Of a stretch of 37,691 nt of DNA, positions 33,952-37,691 are shown piece after piece (within the stretch, counting starts at the first letter, position 1; each line of letters starts with the position of its first letter). Position numbers and translations under genes: made by a program. The notes under the pieces were generated by a model, which saw only the letters and a list, made by a program, of their open reading frames with translations, searched no databases and had not been told where the DNA came from. The stretch comes from Catajapyx aquilonaris. Lineage: Eukaryota. The stretch lies in the NCBI GenBank assembly GCA_000934665.2, contig KZ538990.1:1-37691 (forward strand). Reading direction: 5' to 3'.

Positions 33952-34947
33952 CAGTAAAACTTCTATAAGTCGAATCTCCATGGGACCGGAAAAAAACTTC
34001 GAGTTATAGAAGATTCGAGTTAGAGAAGTTTGGCGTTTTTTAAGCACAAAACTATATAAAGAAGCCTACCTTTATATCCAGCGCCGAAAGATGTTCAAAA
34101 CTTCTGAATAACATACTGTCACTAATACACTACTAATGTTCCTTATTGGCTTATTGCTGCTTGGAAAAAAAAAACTCCGTAATGGCCATCTGCCTAGCCT
34201 TCGATCTACTTTCATTCAGAATGAACGATTCTATAGTAACAATTGAATCAAACACGTCTCTTGGAACGTCGGATCTCGATTCCAGCCACACACGGAGACT
34301 TGACACTATTCTATTAGCTTCTCTCACTGTCGGGGGCACTGTCTGTGGTTCAGGGTCATCGTCTGAGTCGTCATGTAAATCTTCGCCTTCAGACTTTTAT
34401 TTCTGCGCCATACTGTGAAGTTGGGGGTTACGCATGCGCAGTCGCCTACTTTTCCGAGAGGTGCCCTGTGAATCAGTGGCCAGCTGATTCGGGAGGCAAG
34501 TGAGCATGCGCTCGGCCGAGTACCTCGTCTCATGTAAACCCTGCGTCAAACAAAAATTCAACCGCAGATGGGAATGTCTGTGTGGACCCATATGAGACCC
34601 GGTGCGAATGGCATGAGCCATTGTTAGACTGAGATCAGGAAAGTGCCTTTCGGTACATGTGGCCTACTCTCGACCGTGGGAAATGAAAAAAAAAAAGAAA
34701 AAAAAGGAAAAGAAAAAAAAAAGTGCTCGCCAACCTGAACTTCGACTTAGGGAGACTGAAAATGCATTGATATCCTTCCCTAAGGCCCTTCCAGAACTTC
34801 GAGTTATGGAGAACTTCGAGTTATAGAAATTCGAGTTAGGGAAGTTTATTTCCTATTCTTTTACATTGTGACCAACCAAACTCGTCATTTTATTCGACTT
34901 ATAGAGAACTTCGACTTAGGGAAGTTCGACTTAGAGAAGTTTTACTG
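33952..34947 (-). mobile_element. pogo/Tigger internal-deletion derivative retaining the transposase start and C-terminus
   Basis: TA|CAGTAAAACTTCTATAAGTCGAA ... TTCGACTTAGAGAAGTTTTACTG|TA. Many subterminal TTCGA(G/C)TTA repeats. Minus-strand peptide ends RQMAITEFF. Confidence 0.9.
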
Positions 34948-35515
34948 TATTACAAAAAAAAATAACTCATAATGCTAATCAACATTAGAGAATTAATTAT
35001 TAATCGTCTTCGGAACGTGGAGGTGCAGCCATTATTTTCTGCGTTAAAATTAAAACACCTGTATCTCAAAAATCTGAAGCAATACTGAGCCGGTTTGAAC
35101 TTGTATAGTTAGCTGGGATTCTACTGAAGCCCCCATCACTACTGCCAGCTCTTTAGCAGCAGAAGAACCTGCGCAAAAAAATTAAAATGTAACAACTGTG
35201 CAGGTGTCCCCTATAGGGCACACTCGGCATATCTGGGTTAACGTGACCCATTGTAAAATGGAGTTGTAAAACAGGGACTACCTGCCCTGGATTTCCACCT
35301 CTACAAGAGGTGGGAAAGTGAGGCCCATCCATTACCACCACCCACTTGTTACTCCAACAAGCCGTTTTGACACTGAACTAGACTGCTCCAAAGAGATGAA
35401 GCATTCTTTACAGTTGCGCTGCATAGTGCTTGTACAGTATGTGTAGGTACAACCACATCACCCAGTAATAAACTGCCATATTGAAAATTAACTCTGTTCA
35501 TTGACTCACTATTAA

Positions 35516-35933
35516 CCCAGATATGCCGAGAATCCCCTATAGGGGACACCTGCACAGTTGTTACATTTTTTTGTGCAGGTTCTCCTGCTGCTAAAGAGCT
35601 GGCAGTAGTCACGTGTACTTCAGTAGAGTCCCAGATACAAGTTCAAACCTGCTCAACATTGCTTCAGATTTCTAAGTTACAGGTGTTTGAATTTTAACGC
35701 AGGAAACAATGGCTGCACATTCATGTTCCAAATATGATTGGTTATTAATTTTCGAATATTGATTCGTGTTATGAGTTATTTATTGTTTGTAATACTTGGA
35801 AAACTTATGAATGATGATGTCGATGGGGAATAGGCAAAATTTTTACTTTCCTAGTCTGAGAGTAGTGCTGAAATCTGGTGTCCCCTCTGGGGAACACAAG
35901 AGGCAAATGCACCCACATTTGGACAAGTAAAGT
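35516..35933. mobile_element. piggyBac-like element B: inverted partial copy of the right end of element A
   Basis: TTAA|CCCAGATATGCCGAG. 35516-35794 is the reverse complement of 34948-35237 and continues directly into the reverse complement of 33810-33951. Confidence 0.85.
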
Positions 35934-36169
35934 ATGTGGCGAGGTGCGGGGCCGAGATGGTAAAGTCTCGGCTTGCTGAGTGAAAGGTCCCATGTTCGAT
36001 CCCGGCCTCGGAGTTCCCTTTCACCTGCGTCAGGAGGGTCTCTTATCTGCGCCTTGGAGGTGTCTGGCAACCTAACCTCCTGGGGGACTGGACATGGCCC
36101 AATTTGAGACAATGCACTTGCACCCATGTCCCCTCCCCAAAAAGCCCTATCCTTAGCCAATGTCCTTGA

Positions 36170-36806
36170 GGACGTTCCTAAAAGCACTGGTAGCCAACCG
36201 ATGCGACTGGAATCGTTCCTAAATTCTTCGGTCCACCGACCGGTAGCAGAGGTGACGTCATGTATGATGTCACCGGTAGCGTACCGGTTGCACCGGGATA
36301 GGGGATATGGTTCGTCCGGTCGATCCGGGTCTAACAATTGATGGCCACCTGAACAACAATATTCTGTTTTGATTATCTTGAAGTGTCCTATCCCCACCCT
36401 GTCCCTGCACATAGTGGTATTCCACTCCCCTAAGAGAGCCCATGGCTCTAGCACGGGGTATATCTATAAAATAATTTTTTTTTAAAAAAAAAAAAGAAAA
36501 AAAAAGTGTCCAGAGTGTGAATCGAACTCGTTTCAACCCGTCTCATTCCCTGGATTTTGTTCGATTGGAACAGAGTTGGAGGAACTCTTCCCCCTTCCCC
36601 TCTCCACACATCAGGTGAGGCTATGCAGTTGTTTTGAAAGAGGGTGACTAATTCCATTTTCGAATTCTGCGGTTGGTCGCCATTTTTGTTACCGTTGCGT
36701 ACCAAAAAACGTTCCATTAATCCGAGCCCTGACATCATTGGTAGCCGTACCGGAGGGGAACCGGCCAGGCGCAGAGGTCGGTGCACCGGTGCTTTTAGGA
36801 ACGTAC
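36170..36806. mobile_element. DNA MITE with ~22-bp TIRs and 7-bp TSD, superfamily unassigned
   Basis: GGACGTTCCTAAAAGCACTGGT / ACCGGTGCTTTTAGGAACGTAC. TCCTTGA duplicated at 36163-36169 and 36807-36813. Empty site visible in the 24152 SINE. Confidence 0.85.
36389..36503 (+). mobile_element. 5'-truncated SINE 3' fragment with poly(A)
   Basis: CCCCTAAGAGAGCCCATGGCTCTAGCACGGGGTA matches 36877-36910. TSD AAGTGTCC at 36381-36388 and 36504-36511. Confidence 0.8.
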
Positions 36807-36921
36807 TCCTTGATTCCCTGCACTGGAGTTTTGCAGAAAAATTGGAAAAATACAGCAAATATGGTGGTGTCCCACCCCCCTAAGAGAGCCTATGGCTGTA
36901 GCACGGGGTAGCAAATAAAAT

Positions 36922-36925
<4 letters not shown>

Positions 36926-36986
<61 letters not shown>
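36926..36986. repeat. (TAA)n microsatellite between two tail-to-tail SINEs
   Basis: About 20 TAA units. Confidence 0.95.
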
Positions 36987-36987
<1 letters not shown>

Positions 36988-37240
36988 GATACCCCGTGAT
37001 AGGCCTCCTTGGACCTCTTAGGGGATAACCTTTTAAATATCCTACTCTAATCATTGCCTGCGGTGGGATGGATTTTGATTGCGGGAGGAAACGGTAGAAC
37101 CCTAAGAAAACCCACGCGAACACGGAGAGAACCCATCGAAACGCTATCCACATAAGTATCCTCCGTCCGACCCGGGGATCTAACTCAGGACCTTAGAGGT
37201 GGAAGGCTGCGGTGCTAACCACTTGGCCACCGTGTCGCCC
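36986..37240 (-). mobile_element. V-domain-like SINE, copy 3 (best preserved)
   Basis: Minus strand: GGGCGACACGGTGGCCAAGTGGTTAGCAC head, B-box-like GAGTTAGATCC, core GTTCTCTCCGTGTTCGCGTGGGTTTTCTTAGGGTTCTACCGTTTCCTCCCGCAATC, tail CACGGGGTATCC(ATT)n. Confidence 0.85.
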
Positions 37241-37246
37241 GCTATA

Positions 37247-37619
37247 CAGGGTGTTTCAACTTTTTTGTCCAAACAGTTATCGGAAAATTGCACGTAGCTG
37301 CTACTTTGTAAGCAGTGACTTGCAAACGGTGATTTTTCGGAGGAACAGGGAATATTCCCTGCGAATCGTAGGTTGAAGTGGCATACGTGCTGCCCGCTGA
37401 AAATTGAGGGTCAAGCCTGGAAAAAAGAGGGTCAAGCCTGGAAAAAAGAGGGTCAAGCCTGGAAAAATGAGGGTCACACATGCCATGGGATGTGTGACCC
37501 TCTTTTTTCCCATTCCCCATTCCTCCAACAAATCACTGGTTGCAAGTCACTGCTTACAAAGTAGCAGCTACGTGCAATTTTCCGATAACTGTTTGGATTA
37601 AAAAAGTTTAAACACCCTG
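37247..37619. mobile_element. Tc1/mariner-type MITE, same TIR family as 13362-13571, with internal 21-bp tandem repeat
   Basis: TA|CAGGGTGTTTCAAC ... AAACACCCTG|TA, ~85-bp TIRs. GAGGGTCAAGCCTGGAAAAAA occurs about 3.4 times at 37406-37477. Confidence 0.92.
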
Positions 37620-37691
37620 TATATATAAAGTAACGTATGTGTGTGGATTTTGTACACTTTGTTGAACTCAGGCGCGTAGCTACCGGGGGGG

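Larger units (their letters stand above)
32531..35237. mobile_element. piggyBac-like non-autonomous element A carrying nested insertions
   Basis: TTAA|CCCAGATATGCC ... GGCATATCTGGG|TTAA. Internal repeats of CCCTATAGGG(G)ACAC at ~32665, ~33846 and ~35208. Confidence 0.75.
35938..36925 (+). mobile_element. SINE family B copy interrupted by a DNA MITE
   Basis: 35938-36168 matches 24154-24384. Homology resumes at 36814 (TTCCCTGCACTGGAGT) and the tail is CACGGGGTA plus A-rich/(TAA)n. Confidence 0.85.

Noticed and set aside
35843..36454. 203-aa minus-strand ORF, and ORFs at 24026-24498
   Set aside because: They run across SINE and MITE junctions and have no protein features.

Overview
Repeat-rich, AT-rich animal genomic DNA, probably arthropod (GT-AG introns, tRNA-derived SINEs, a short (CCTAA)n tract; assembly N-gaps at poly-C runs). 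Two genes are well supported: a two-exon small two-transmembrane protein on + (16572-17412) and an F-box/LRR protein on - (main exon 26306-27385, probable first exon 27826-27912). A third, intron-rich small gene missed by the ORF track is likely on + (exons near 3790-3921, 4170-4233 and 15736-15859). A tRNA-Gln-like gene with a TCG (Arg) triplet at the anticodon position lies 156 bp upstream of the transmembrane gene's ATG. A decayed ubiquitin-like plus Cys-rich (RBR/IBR-like) pseudogene is likely at about 19780-20462 (-). The rest is mostly transposable elements, many with readable TIRs and TSDs: a complete non-autonomous Helitron; hAT, Tc1/mariner, pogo/Tigger, piggyBac-like (TTAA and ATAT targets) and Harbinger-like MITEs; fold-back palindromes; V-domain and other SINEs sharing a 3' tail; and LINE relics, including multi-level nests. 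Family names come from motifs recognised by eye and from memory, not from database searches. I see no clearly new multi-gene system; the best leads are listed under findings.
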